DNA of 43,732 nt from Pyrinomonadaceae bacterium (GTDB lineage: Bacteria > Acidobacteriota > Blastocatellia > Pyrinomonadales > Pyrinomonadaceae), in the NCBI GenBank assembly GCA_030372865.1, contig JAUCQE010000172.1, positions 1-43,732 on the forward strand, read 5' to 3'. Shown in pieces: positions 1-9,021 of this stretch (position 1 is the stretch's first letter; each line of letters starts with the position of its first letter). A program made the translations under genes and the position numbers. The notes under the pieces were generated by a model. It searched no databases. It saw nothing but the letters and a program-made list of their open reading frames with translations, and had not been told where the DNA came from.

Positions 1-209
1 GCTATGCGCTTGCAAAGCTGCAGCCTTTCGAAACACCGAGCCGTCCACCCGCCGGCATCGAGCTGAAATTCCTGAACGACAGTTCCTTCGCCGCCATGTT
101 CGATTTCCCATCCGACATGACCCTGCCTTCCGATGACATAGAGATCAACCGGCTGGATAATCAGGCCCTCGTCCGGTACTACGAAACTGAGTGGAGACGG
201 TTCGAATAG
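1..209 (+). CDS. 3' end of a hypothetical protein (5' part outside the window)
   Basis: Frame 3 is open from the window edge to TAG at 207-209 (..IELKFLNDSSFAAMFDFPSDMTLPSDDIEINRLDNQALVRYYETEWRRFE*). It ends 4 nt before the next gene. No family recognised. Confidence 0.4.
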   Translation, partial: YALAKLQPFETPSRPPAGIELKFLNDSSFAAMFDFPSDMTLPSDDIEINRLDNQALVRYYETEWRRFE

Positions 210-213
210 AGAG

Positions 214-1197
214 ATGAGGCGCATCAGCATTCCATTGCAGTATAAGAATCAGATCAAATCGCTATGCTGGTCGGGCGACAAATTGATCGATTATGTCGGC
301 GGTATAACCACAATTGACCTCGAAGGCACTATTTCGCAACCTCAAGTTAGTTTCACTTACCGGTTCGATGGTGCAATCGCAAGCGCGGACGGAAGGTATG
401 CAGTAATTTTTGAGTACTACGGCACAAAGGCCCTCTTGCTTCGCGATCGAAAAATTCACAGAGAGCTGAACCGGAGTTTCTACTGTGCAGACACATACGA
501 GTATCCTATTGCGTTCATAGATCTCGGCTCGGGTTCACCGGGGATCGTTCACTGTCCCGATGACTATAATGTGATCGAAATAGAATCTGCCGAGACTGGC
601 GAAAGGCTAACGAAGCCGGGTCGAAAAGATGTGGATTTCTTTCAATCCCGGCTAACGACGAGTCCAAAAACCCGATGGTTGTTGAGCGCGGGGTGGATTT
701 GGCATCCGCTGGATTCGATCATGCTTTACGATCTGTCCCACGGTTTCGAAGATCCTAGATTTTACTCGGGCCATGGAGAAGGGGAATTGGGCGATCTTGG
801 TCTCTGGGAGATATGTAACGCTGTATTTCTTTCGGACGATCATCTACTTATTTCGGGTACCGGCGATCAAACTCAGGAGGACGGTTCTGATGAGTCGGCT
901 GTCGTCGTTTACGATCTGACGAAACGAGAGATCATTTCGAGAAAGCCAATAACTGAGCCCACCGGAGAGCTCATGCCGATCGGCGATGATGTGGCGGTGA
1001 GCTTCTATCAACACCCAAAAATACTCAACTACAAAACGGGTAAAATCGAAGTTCGATGGGACGATATTGAAACAGATAAGAGGAACAGCAGTATTAGTTT
1101 CCACGAAAGAAAGGCGATCATGGCCGCCGACTTTCGGCAGAAACGATTTGCTGTTTTGGCGCCCAACTCCATCGAGGTGGTGTTCCTGTGCCCGTGA
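214..1197 (+). CDS. hypothetical protein, possibly beta-propeller-like; compositionally atypical (low GC)
   Basis: 327-aa ORF with an ATG start preceded by GAGAG. No signal peptide or recognisable catalytic motif. GC is clearly lower than in the neighbours (see findings). Confidence 0.6.
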   Translation: MRRISIPLQYKNQIKSLCWSGDKLIDYVGGITTIDLEGTISQPQVSFTYRFDGAIASADGRYAVIFEYYGTKALLLRDRKIHRELNRSFYCADTYEYPIAFIDLGSGSPGIVHCPDDYNVIEIESAETGERLTKPGRKDVDFFQSRLTTSPKTRWLLSAGWIWHPLDSIMLYDLSHGFEDPRFYSGHGEGELGDLGLWEICNAVFLSDDHLLISGTGDQTQEDGSDESAVVVYDLTKREIISRKPITEPTGELMPIGDDVAVSFYQHPKILNYKTGKIEVRWDDIETDKRNSSISFHERKAIMAADFRQKRFAVLAPNSIEVVFLCP

Positions 1198-2786
1198 ACC
1201 TTACCCGGCGAGAACTTCTGGCAACGTTCCTAGGCACGCCATTCGCGCTGGCCGCATGCGGGAGCGCTCCTGGGCGCTTCCCTGAGGGCGAGATCGTGGG
1301 ACAATCTGCGGCTTTGGGCCATGTTCTTCGTGAAGAGCGTTCGTTCGAGGTGCCGGCGGACCGTTGGCGGAATGTGCAGGTGGCGATCATTGGTGCGGGC
1401 ATCGCCGGGCTCTCAGCCGCGTGGAAACTCCGGAAGAACGGCGTCAACGACCAAGTGATTCTCGAACTTGAGAGAGAACCGGGCGGCACTGCACGATCGG
1501 GTACGGGTACGCCAGTCGGTTACCCGTGGGGAGCGCATTACCTGCCGGTGCCGTTCCGCGAAAATACGGAGCTGATCGGCCTGCTCGACGAGATGTCGCT
1601 TACCGAGGGCCGGAGTTCCGACGGCGATCCCGTCATCAAGGAACAGTTCCTCTGCCGTGAACCCGAAGAGCGCGTTTTCTATAAGGGCCGCTGGTACGAG
1701 GGGCTGTACATGCATGCCGGCGAGAGCGACGAGGACAAGCGGCAGTTTGCCGAATTTCAAAAACAAATCGATCTGTGGGTGAACTGGCGTGACGCAAAAG
1801 GCCGGCGAGCATTCGTTGTTCCGTCGGCGAATTGTTCTGACGACGCCGAGGTGACCGCGCTCGACCGCGTCTCATTTGCCGAGTGGCTTCGGCAAAAAGG
1901 GTTCACATCCGAACGCCTCATCTGGTACTGCGACTATGCCTGCCGCGACGACTACGGCCTGCGTTTAGAGCAGACGTCCGCATGGGCCGGACTCTTCTAC
2001 TTCTGTTCGCGTGTCCGCAAAAGCGGTGATGAATCGCAGCCCTTCATCACGTTCCCGGAAGGGAACGGACGCTTCGTCAGGCACCTTGCAGAGGCAGCAG
2101 GCGACCGGCTCGAACGTTCGCGAATGGCGGTCTCCGTCATTCCGACGGCAGACGGTGCAGACGTGATCACGCTTTCCGGCGGCGAGCTATTTGGCTATCG
2201 CTGCAAGAACGTCATATACGCCTCGCCCATCTTTACGGCACCGTTCGTGATCAAAGGATTTCGCGAAGTTCCGCCTTTTGACGCTGCGGCCTTTCACCAC
2301 AATGCATGGTTCGTCGCGAACCTGACCTTGCGTGATCGTCCAAAGCCGCGTTTCGCGCGTGACTTTCCGCTCGCGTGGGACAACGTGCTTTACGAAAGCC
2401 CGTCGCTCGGTTACGTAAACGCAACCCATCAGAAGGGTATCGACTACGGTCCGTCCGTTTGGACATACTATTACCCAATGTGCCGCGAGGAGGGCCCGCG
2501 TACCACGCTATTCAACTACGAGTGGCGTGAAATGGCCGACGTCTGCCTGACCGATATCGGACGTGCGCACCCTGATATTCGGGAACTTACGGAACGCGTC
2601 GATATCATGCGTTGGGGCCATGCGATGATCAGCCCCGAACCGGGCTTCATCTGGGGAAGCGAACGGCGGAAAGCACAGCTTCCATACCGCAACATTCACT
2701 TTGCTCATTCGGACCTCAGCGGGCTTGCCCTGTTCGAGGAAGCGTTCCATCACGGTTTGCGGGCGGCCGCAGAAGTTATTTCATAG
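1188..2786 (+). CDS. FAD/NAD(P)-binding oxidoreductase (amine oxidase / phytoene desaturase-like) with a Tat-type lipoprotein signal
   Basis: The N-terminus LTRRELLATFLG...LAAC resembles a twin-arginine signal plus lipobox. It carries the dinucleotide-binding motif VAIIGAGIAGLSAAWKL. GTG start overlaps the upstream ORF by 10 nt. Confidence 0.8.
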   Translation: MPVNLTRRELLATFLGTPFALAACGSAPGRFPEGEIVGQSAALGHVLREERSFEVPADRWRNVQVAIIGAGIAGLSAAWKLRKNGVNDQVILELEREPGGTARSGTGTPVGYPWGAHYLPVPFRENTELIGLLDEMSLTEGRSSDGDPVIKEQFLCREPEERVFYKGRWYEGLYMHAGESDEDKRQFAEFQKQIDLWVNWRDAKGRRAFVVPSANCSDDAEVTALDRVSFAEWLRQKGFTSERLIWYCDYACRDDYGLRLEQTSAWAGLFYFCSRVRKSGDESQPFITFPEGNGRFVRHLAEAAGDRLERSRMAVSVIPTADGADVITLSGGELFGYRCKNVIYASPIFTAPFVIKGFREVPPFDAAAFHHNAWFVANLTLRDRPKPRFARDFPLAWDNVLYESPSLGYVNATHQKGIDYGPSVWTYYYPMCREEGPRTTLFNYEWREMADVCLTDIGRAHPDIRELTERVDIMRWGHAMISPEPGFIWGSERRKAQLPYRNIHFAHSDLSGLALFEEAFHHGLRAAAEVIS

Positions 2787-2840
2787 ATCACCCGACTTTG
2801 CCTTGATGACGATAGCAGGCTTTGATATCGTAGAACGATC

Positions 2841-3227
2841 ATGAGCGATCTCTTAAAGTACAAAGGATTCTCGGCGAAGATCGATTTCTCTGCCGATGGT
2901 GAAACATTCAGCGGCCGGGTCATCGGTATCGAAGACGACGTCAAGTTCGAAGGCTCCAGCGTTCGAGAGCTGAAAAAGTCTATGAAGGACGCGGTCGAGG
3001 CATACGTCGAGAAATGCCGCAAGAAAGGCCGCGATGCGCGAAAGACCTATTCAGGTAAATTGCTCTTTCGCTTGTCGCCGGAGCTTCACGCCGGCATTGC
3101 CGACGCAGCCGCCGGCAGCGGGTTGAGCATAAACGAATGGGGACGCGACGCGCTCGAATCAGCCGTCCGTGCTGACAATCTTCGAGAGGCAAAGCGAAGG
3201 GCAGCCCGTTCGCGTAAAAAACGTTGA
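2841..3227 (+). CDS. hicB: HicB-family type II antitoxin (HicB fold plus C-terminal ribbon-helix-helix)
   Basis: YKGFSAKIDFSADGETFSGRVIGIEDDVKFEGSSVRELKKSMKDAVEAYVEKC...YSGKLLFRLSPELHAGIADAA..GLSINEWGRDAL matches the typical HicB antitoxin layout. Confidence 0.8.
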   Translation: MSDLLKYKGFSAKIDFSADGETFSGRVIGIEDDVKFEGSSVRELKKSMKDAVEAYVEKCRKKGRDARKTYSGKLLFRLSPELHAGIADAAAGSGLSINEWGRDALESAVRADNLREAKRRAARSRKKR

Positions 3228-3251
3228 TCCGATAGAAGAAACCGACAGTTG

Positions 3252-3308
3252 AAACAGGATGGACAAGATGGCGTAAATTCGCTACTCTCGCGCATCCTGT
3301 TTTTGTTT
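3252..3308 (+). terminator. stem-loop followed by a T-tract downstream of hicB
   Basis: AAACAGGATG (3252-3261) pairs with CATCCTGTTT (3292-3301) and is followed by TTTGTTTT. The 30-nt loop is large. Confidence 0.45.
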
Positions 3309-3316
3309 TCGAATAC

Positions 3317-4381
3317 GTGGAGAACGCAGTAAGACCACAACCCTGGCTTTTCTCGAGGAATATCGACCTCAGCGTTTTCCTTGGCAGCGCGGCCGTTTCG
3401 GTGCTGCTGCTCGCTGTCGGTTGGCAGGCGGGTATCCTGAACGAAGACTCGCCTGACTGGACCTGGGTCACCGCCGTTCTGCTGATCGATGTCGCACACG
3501 TCTGGTCAACCTCGTTTCGCGTCTATTTCGATACCGAAGAGTTCAAACGCCGCTTCTGGCTTTACCTACTGGTGCCGGTTTTCGGCTACGCGGTCGGCGT
3601 CGCGTTGTATTCCGAGGGCGAGCTTACGTTCTGGCGCGTGCTGGCGGTGATCGCGGTGTTCCATTTCGTTCGCCAGCAATACGGATGGGTCGCACTCTAC
3701 CGAAGAAAGGCCGGTGAGACCGCAAGGTGGACATGGTGGGTCGATGCCGCGGCAGTATATCTCGCGACCGTTTATCCGCTGGCGTTCTGGACGACCTCGC
3801 TCCCGCGTGAGTTCAATTGGTTCATTGCGAACGACTTCATCCCGCTGCCGCAGATCGTCGAACGCGTGCTTTTTCCCGCTTATGTCGCCGCCCTTTCGGC
3901 ATACTTCCTCAAATCCATTTATCTCTACTTCCGCGAAGGCTTCCTGAATATCGGCAAGGACATCGTCGTGGCCACGACCGCGGTCTGCTGGTACGCAGGA
4001 ATTGTCTTCTTCAATTCGGACTACGCCTTTACCGTCACGAACGTGATCATCCACGGCGTCCCTTATTTTGCCCTCATCTACATGTACGCGCGTATGCGTC
4101 GTGAAACGGCCGGGCCGGTCTATCGCGGTCTCTCGCAAAACTGGCTTATCTTTCTCGCTTCGCTCTGGGCACTTGCTTACGTCGAGGAGCTTTTCTGGAG
4201 CCGCGGAGTGTGGCATGAGCGGACGTGGCTGTTCGGCGCGAACTGGGACTGGGCCGAATGGAAGATGTGGCTTGTCCCGCTGCTTGCCGTTCCGCAGCTT
4301 ACGCATTACGTCCTCGACGGCTTTATCTGGCGGCGGCGTGGAAATCGCGGCGTCACGGTAGCCGAGCCTGTGGTAAATTGA
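3317..4381 (+). CDS. polytopic integral membrane protein with conserved His motifs; function unknown
   Basis: 354 aa with a GTG start and multiple hydrophobic helices. His-containing motifs: DVAHVWST, FHFVRQQYGW, IIHGVPYF, THYVLDGFIWRRR. Confidence 0.7.
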   Translation: MENAVRPQPWLFSRNIDLSVFLGSAAVSVLLLAVGWQAGILNEDSPDWTWVTAVLLIDVAHVWSTSFRVYFDTEEFKRRFWLYLLVPVFGYAVGVALYSEGELTFWRVLAVIAVFHFVRQQYGWVALYRRKAGETARWTWWVDAAAVYLATVYPLAFWTTSLPREFNWFIANDFIPLPQIVERVLFPAYVAALSAYFLKSIYLYFREGFLNIGKDIVVATTAVCWYAGIVFFNSDYAFTVTNVIIHGVPYFALIYMYARMRRETAGPVYRGLSQNWLIFLASLWALAYVEELFWSRGVWHERTWLFGANWDWAEWKMWLVPLLAVPQLTHYVLDGFIWRRRGNRGVTVAEPVVN

Positions 4382-4386
4382 TACCG

Positions 4387-4992
4387 ATGGATTCGAATAT
4401 CATCAGGGGTATCGCTGCGGCTGTTGTGCTCTGTACCTCGATTTTCCTCGCCGGCTGCAAGAGTTCAAGCAGCGGCGGCCTGCTCGGCCCTGCGGATGAG
4501 ACGGCTGCGGCAGGCAAGATCGTCGAAGACGGGAACGCCGAGCTGAAGAAGATCCGTGAGCTCTATGACCGCAACGAGGACAAGAGGCAGGAATTGAAAG
4601 CCGCGCTTGAGACCGACAACGAAGCCGAGGTAAAGCGTATCTCGACCGAGGTCGTGCAGCTGATCAACGAGGGTACGAACCTCGGCAACACCGCGCTAGA
4701 TAAGATCCGCGAAGCGCAGGAAATGCAGATCAACGATCAGTACAAGGAATACCTGCGGTTAAAAGAAGAAGCGCTCAAAAAACAGCTTGAGGCGTTTGCC
4801 CAATATCATCACGCCGCCCGCATACTTCGCGACAACTACGACCCTAAAAACGCCCAGAACCGCGACAAGGTAAAGGCGGAATTCGAGACCCGCAGCGAGC
4901 GGTACCGCGACCTAATGGAAAAAGCCCGCGACCACAGCAGCGAGGCCAACGAGCTTTACAAAGATACCGTCCGCCAGACGCGGAAGAATTAA
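4387..4992 (+). CDS. coiled-coil lipoprotein (hypothetical)
   Basis: The internal ATG at 4387 gives MDSNIIRGIAAAVVLCTSIFLAGC, a signal peptide with a LAGC lipobox. The rest is a Lys/Glu-rich helical sequence. The longer ORF from 4225 overlaps the upstream gene and is rejected. Confidence 0.7.
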   Translation: MDSNIIRGIAAAVVLCTSIFLAGCKSSSSGGLLGPADETAAAGKIVEDGNAELKKIRELYDRNEDKRQELKAALETDNEAEVKRISTEVVQLINEGTNLGNTALDKIREAQEMQINDQYKEYLRLKEEALKKQLEAFAQYHHAARILRDNYDPKNAQNRDKVKAEFETRSERYRDLMEKARDHSSEANELYKDTVRQTRKN

Positions 4993-6014
4993 AACCGCGG
5001 GGCGATGATCGCACGGCCGCCGCTTCTGGAAGGCCAGTTTATCATCCACCATGGATCGAGAAGCTGATTGAGCGGCGCGGGCTGTGCCGGCCGCATCGGG
5101 CGACTGGGCACCGGGCCATCCGGGCCGATCAGGTGTTCAAAAACTTCCTTTGATTCTTCCGGCGTCACCGAAAAGGTCTTCCGATCGCCCTTGCGGACAA
5201 CGGTCAGCGTTACGTCGCCCTCTTTCTTTTCAGAGATCGCCCGGACAACATCGGCATCGCTCGCGACTTCCTTCCCGTCGACCTCGACGATAATATCCCC
5301 CGCCTTTAGGTCGGCCTTCGCCGCGGGCGAATTTTCGCGGACCTCGCTGATCATCACACCCCCTTTCACGCCGAAGTGGTCGGCAAGTTGTTTCGTCAGC
5401 GGTGTGACGCTCACGCCGATCCGTCGCGACCCGCGGCGGAACATCAGCACATCGCCGCCCTCGCCTCGCGGAGCTCTCGGCCATACGCGTACCTGCGGCA
5501 TCTCGCCGCGAAACTCCGGGATCTCGGGCATGGGCACCTCGACCCCGCCCGGGAAACCCATCTCGCCAAATGCCGGTGCCGGCCGCTTTGCAATGGTTAC
5601 GGGCACCTCGCGTTCAGAACCGCTGCGGACGACCGTCAGCGTCACCTGATGATCGGGGGCGACCTCGCCGACCATCCGGGTCAGCTTTCGTGCACTCGTT
5701 ACCTCTTCGCCGTTAAAACGGACGATCACATCGCCCTTTTGCAGTTGGGCCTTCTCTGCAGGCGAGCCGTCCATCACCTTTTCGACTGCCACGCCACGAA
5801 CGCCGGAAAGCCCGAAAGATGCGTAGTTCTGCGAATTAACATCTACCGTCTGAACTCCGAGATAGCCTGAATTTCCATCGAAAGAAAAGGCCATTACACG
5901 CGGTGCCGGAGCAGCCGGCGGAACGGGTGCCGGCTTCGCCTCGGGTGTCTGACCAATGACAGCAACTGAAGCAGCCGCAGCGAACAAAATAAATGCAACA
6001 GATCTGCGAACCAT
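4989..6014 (-). CDS. periplasmic protein with two PDZ domains (HtrA C-terminal-like, no protease domain)
   Basis: The ATG at 6014 is preceded by GGAGG. It has a signal peptide (MVRRSVAFILFAAAASVAVIGQ). Two PDZ-like segments are present: GYLGV..GVAVEKVMDGSPAEKAQLQKGDVIVRFNGEEV and IGVSV..GVMISEVRENSPAAKADLKAGDIIVEVDGKEV. Confidence 0.8.
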   Translation of the reverse strand: MVRRSVAFILFAAAASVAVIGQTPEAKPAPVPPAAPAPRVMAFSFDGNSGYLGVQTVDVNSQNYASFGLSGVRGVAVEKVMDGSPAEKAQLQKGDVIVRFNGEEVTSARKLTRMVGEVAPDHQVTLTVVRSGSEREVPVTIAKRPAPAFGEMGFPGGVEVPMPEIPEFRGEMPQVRVWPRAPRGEGGDVLMFRRGSRRIGVSVTPLTKQLADHFGVKGGVMISEVRENSPAAKADLKAGDIIVEVDGKEVASDADVVRAISEKKEGDVTLTVVRKGDRKTFSVTPEESKEVFEHLIGPDGPVPSRPMRPAQPAPLNQLLDPWWMINWPSRSGGRAIIAPRF

Positions 6015-6126
6015 AGATTTACCTCCAAAATTTGCAGAATTGGTTATAAATTTTCTGATCAATTCACGGTGCAGGTAACAATTTGGTTGCGCCGAGCGGC
6101 GGATTTGGTTGCCTCAGGCTCAAGGG

Positions 6127-6642
6127 TCAACAAAGTGTTTGCGACATGGAGATACCCGCGATTTTTCCGTCTACAAACTCAAATTTCACGCTGCCAAGAT
6201 TTCCAGGCGTGACGTAAAAAAGAACCGTGCGGTCATCGCGTACTTCTCTGGAACTCGGCTCGCCAAATCGTGCGACAACGGCATCCATCGAATCGCCGAT
6301 CCCGACGCCTGATGCGTCCCAATCGCCCGAAGTTACCTTCATCGAAGTGACACCCTCTTCGCCTTTCCCGATCCTCAGGAGCACTATCTCCAATCCGTCG
6401 TAGACGAGCGTGCGGTGACGTTCGTTTTGATCGGAGCAGGCCTGATCCGCGCGAATGTTCTCCGTTCTTACACGCAAAGGCTTGCCGATCTTGTCGATCA
6501 CTTCGCGGTGTCCGCTGTCCTCGCCGACGCCGTTGATCCTAAGGTCTACCTCGGTCAATACTTTCTGAGCGTTCAGCCCCGTCGGCATTAGGAAAATTGC
6601 GATAAAGGTTAATACGAAAAGCGTGAGAGAAGTGATCTTCAT
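6127..6642 (-). CDS. secreted hypothetical protein
   Basis: 171 aa with signal peptide MKITSLTLFVLTFIAIFLMPTGLNAQ. No family recognised. Confidence 0.65.
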   Translation of the reverse strand: MKITSLTLFVLTFIAIFLMPTGLNAQKVLTEVDLRINGVGEDSGHREVIDKIGKPLRVRTENIRADQACSDQNERHRTLVYDGLEIVLLRIGKGEEGVTSMKVTSGDWDASGVGIGDSMDAVVARFGEPSSREVRDDRTVLFYVTPGNLGSVKFEFVDGKIAGISMSQTLC

Positions 6643-6645
6643 GGT

Positions 6646-7845
6646 TTATCCTCGCCTTAATTTCTGCAAATTCTCCGCGGCCGCTTCCAGAGTTTCGTCT
6701 TTCTTACAAAAGCAGAAACGCACCATCTGCACGCCTTCGGTGACGTGGTAAAACGATGAGCCCGGTATTACCGCCACGCCGACCTCTCGGATCATGTGCT
6801 TCGTGAACTCGATATCGTTTGCGAAGCCGAACGGCTTCGCGTCCGCCATAACGTAGTACGCGCCTTCGGGTGCAACGCAATCGAAGCCCGCGTCCTGCAG
6901 GACGGGCACGATAAAATCGCGCTTTCGCTGATATTCACGCTGGAGTTCCTCGTAATAGCCTGCAGGGAGGCTCAAGGCATACGCCCCGGCGTGCTGCAGA
7001 GGGTTCGCCGCCCCGACGGTGAGAAAATCGTGCACCTTGCGGATCGCGGATGTGATATCGGCCGGAGCGATGCAGTAACCGACACGCCATCCGGTCACCG
7101 AATAGGTTTTCGAAAGCGAATTGACCACAACGGTCCTCTCACGCATGCCGTCGATCGCCGCCATTGTAATGTGCTCGGGCCGCGTGCCGTCCTCGCGGTG
7201 ATAGACAATGTGCTCGTAGATCTCGTCCGTAAAGCACAACGCGTCAAACTCCTTGCAGAGATCAGCAATGAACTCGAGCTCGTCGCGGCTGAAGACCTTG
7301 CCCGTCGGGTTGTTCGGGTTGCAGATGATGATCGCCTTAGTACGTTCGTTGAACGCGGCCCGCAGTTCATCGCGGTCGAACTCAAAACCGTCGCCTTTTC
7401 TATGCAGCGGCACGTGACGCGGCACGGCGTCGGACAATATCGCGTCCGGCGCGTAGTTTTCGTAGAAAGGCTCGAATACGATGACCTCTTCGCCCGGGTC
7501 GACCGTCGCCATCATCGCCGCGATCATTCCCTCGGTCGAACCGCACGTGACCGTGATCTCGCGTTCGGGGTCGATCTCCAGACCGAGAAACCATTTCGTC
7601 TTCTCGGCGATCGCGTCGCGAAAGCTCTTCACGCCCCACGTTATCGCGTACTGGTTGTGGTCCGCGGCGATCGCCTCCATCGCCTTCTGCTTGATGTCTT
7701 CGGGTGCGGCGAAATCCGGAAAGCCCTGGCCGAGGTTAACGGCGCCATGCTTTATCGCCTCGCGGGTCATCTCGCGGATGACCGATTCGGTAAAGGAACC
7801 TGCTTTACGGGAGATACGCGACTTTGAGATCTTTGTCTGCTGCAT
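6646..7845 (-). CDS. PLP-dependent aminotransferase, class I/II (methionine / kynurenine-oxoglutarate aminotransferase-like)
   Basis: It carries the PLP-lysine motif SLSKTYSVTGWRVGY, plus NPNNPTGKVF and GSSFY. Start placed at the ATG at 7845; a TTG at 7863 is also possible. Confidence 0.9.
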   Translation of the reverse strand: MQQTKISKSRISRKAGSFTESVIREMTREAIKHGAVNLGQGFPDFAAPEDIKQKAMEAIAADHNQYAITWGVKSFRDAIAEKTKWFLGLEIDPEREITVTCGSTEGMIAAMMATVDPGEEVIVFEPFYENYAPDAILSDAVPRHVPLHRKGDGFEFDRDELRAAFNERTKAIIICNPNNPTGKVFSRDELEFIADLCKEFDALCFTDEIYEHIVYHREDGTRPEHITMAAIDGMRERTVVVNSLSKTYSVTGWRVGYCIAPADITSAIRKVHDFLTVGAANPLQHAGAYALSLPAGYYEELQREYQRKRDFIVPVLQDAGFDCVAPEGAYYVMADAKPFGFANDIEFTKHMIREVGVAVIPGSSFYHVTEGVQMVRFCFCKKDETLEAAAENLQKLRRG

Positions 7846-7910
7846 ACGGGAATTAAACCACAAAACGCCTGCTGTTGTACCGCTGATTTCGTCGTGATAA
7901 TTTCTAATTT

Positions 7911-8228
7911 ATGACTAACCGTATCGAAGTTTTCGAGCAGATGCTCGAGGCAGACCCCGACAACACGATGGTGATGTTCGGCCTCGCGAAGGAATATGAA
8001 AAGCTTGGCCGCCACGACGATATCATCCGCGTGCTTGAGCAATACCTAGAAAAAGCCGACGACGAAGGCAACGCCTACGGCACACTCGCCCAGGCCTACC
8101 TCGCCGCGGGCCAGCGCGAAAAAGCCATCGAAACCTACAAAAAAGGAATAGACGTCTCAATGGCACACGGCCATCCGTCAATGGCGAATGAATACAAGAT
8201 GACGCTCGATCTGGACTTGGGGGAGTAA
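7911..8228 (+). CDS. small TPR-like protein
   Basis: 105 aa of helical repeats (FGLAKEYEKLGRHDDIIRVLEQYL, GTLAQAYLAAGQREKAIETYKKGI). Confidence 0.7.
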   Translation: MTNRIEVFEQMLEADPDNTMVMFGLAKEYEKLGRHDDIIRVLEQYLEKADDEGNAYGTLAQAYLAAGQREKAIETYKKGIDVSMAHGHPSMANEYKMTLDLDLGE

Positions 8229-8247
8229 CATGTTATCAGTTTTCACC

Positions 8248-8301
8248 TATCAGCTATCAGTTATTTCGGAATAGCTGAAAGCTGAGAACTGATAGCTGAT
8301 A
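8248..8301. terminator. bidirectional hairpin between convergent genes
   Basis: Perfect 15-bp inverted repeat: TATCAGCTATCAGTT (8248-8262) and AACTGATAGCTGATA (8287-8301). Confidence 0.6.
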
Positions 8302-8306
8302 ATGCC

Positions 8307-8948
8307 TTAGGCCGCACACGCGGAGACGGTCGCCTTCTTTATCCTTACCGGTTTATCGGGCTTTTCTTCAACTACCGGGGCCTTGTTGATCGTATCGACA
8401 ACGTCCATGCCTTTTGTTAAGCGGCCGAAGGCGGCGAATTTGCCGTCGAGGTGCGAGCCGCTTCCGGCAAGTATAAAGAAGAACGTGGTCGCCGTATTCG
8501 GTTCGTCGGCACGAGCCATTGAGACGACGCCGCGTTCGTGCATTATCTTGTTCGGCTCATCCGGAATGGTCCGCCGGGCACGTGTGCCGATCTCGTAGTT
8601 CACGCCGCCCTCGCGGGTCCAGATGTTACCGCCCTGGATGATGAAACCCGGCACTACGCGGTCAAAAACGGTCGTGTCGAGCAATCCGGTCGCAACGATA
8701 TTGAGGAAGTTCCTAACGGATTCCGGAGCCTGCTCCGGGTACACTTCCATCACTATCAGCCCCGCTTCCGTATCGAACGTAACGCATTGGCCCGCCATCG
8801 TCTTAACGTCAGCACCGTCAAAGGGCTCCGCCTTTGCTGCCGGCGTCGGAGTCGGACGCGCATTTGCTTTTGCGGGTTCTTTTGTTTCCAGCTGCTGAGA
8901 ATAGACCGTCCCCGCGAGCAGCAAAGCGATCACGAAAAGCTTCTTCAT
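8307..8948 (-). CDS. secreted cyclophilin-type peptidyl-prolyl cis-trans isomerase
   Basis: Signal peptide MKKLFVIALLLAGTVYSQ. Cyclophilin motifs FDRVVPGFIIQGG, GVVSMARA, TATTFFFIL and LDGKFAAFGRL are present. Confidence 0.9.
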   Translation of the reverse strand: MKKLFVIALLLAGTVYSQQLETKEPAKANARPTPTPAAKAEPFDGADVKTMAGQCVTFDTEAGLIVMEVYPEQAPESVRNFLNIVATGLLDTTVFDRVVPGFIIQGGNIWTREGGVNYEIGTRARRTIPDEPNKIMHERGVVSMARADEPNTATTFFFILAGSGSHLDGKFAAFGRLTKGMDVVDTINKAPVVEEKPDKPVRIKKATVSACAA

Positions 8949-9021
8949 ACATCACGATTTTCCGCAAAAGCGTTTCGGGTGTAAAGTGTTTTTCAGTAAA
9001 GGTTCAACCCAGGAGTCACAG

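Noticed and set aside
199-207. GGTTCGAAT, a tRNA T-loop-like motif here (a similar GCGTTCGAATC also occurs near 13046-13056).
   Set aside because: The flanking bases cannot form a T-stem or acceptor stem (gacgg versus agaga; gagcg versus caggc). Both lie inside protein-coding frames.
2787-3316. A search for a hidden HicA toxin ORF next to hicB.
   Set aside because: Only 54 nt lie upstream and 89 nt downstream, and a hairpin occupies the downstream stretch. The only overlapping ORFs (2750-3022 and 2980-3471, minus strand) are antisense shadow ORFs with no HicA-like sequence.
4225-4386. N-terminal extensions offered by the ORF track (4225, 6062, 19164, 19220, 22094, 24621, 28370, 36704, 37767, 38950, 8986).
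   Set aside because: In each case an internal ATG with a Shine-Dalgarno-like sequence gives a proper signal peptide or a family-typical N-terminus. The extension overlaps an upstream gene, terminator or promoter.
6796-7827. Long antisense or out-of-frame ORFs overlapping well-supported genes, for example 6796-7827(+), 37955-38932(+), 11079-11849(-), 12546-13190(-), 26260-27090(+), 3566-4306(-), 19532-20188(-), 13496-14203(+) and 9532-10074(-).
   Set aside because: These are typical high-GC shadow ORFs. They have Arg/Pro/Ala/Ser-rich low-information translations and no start-site signals. Each lies opposite a gene with clear family motifs.
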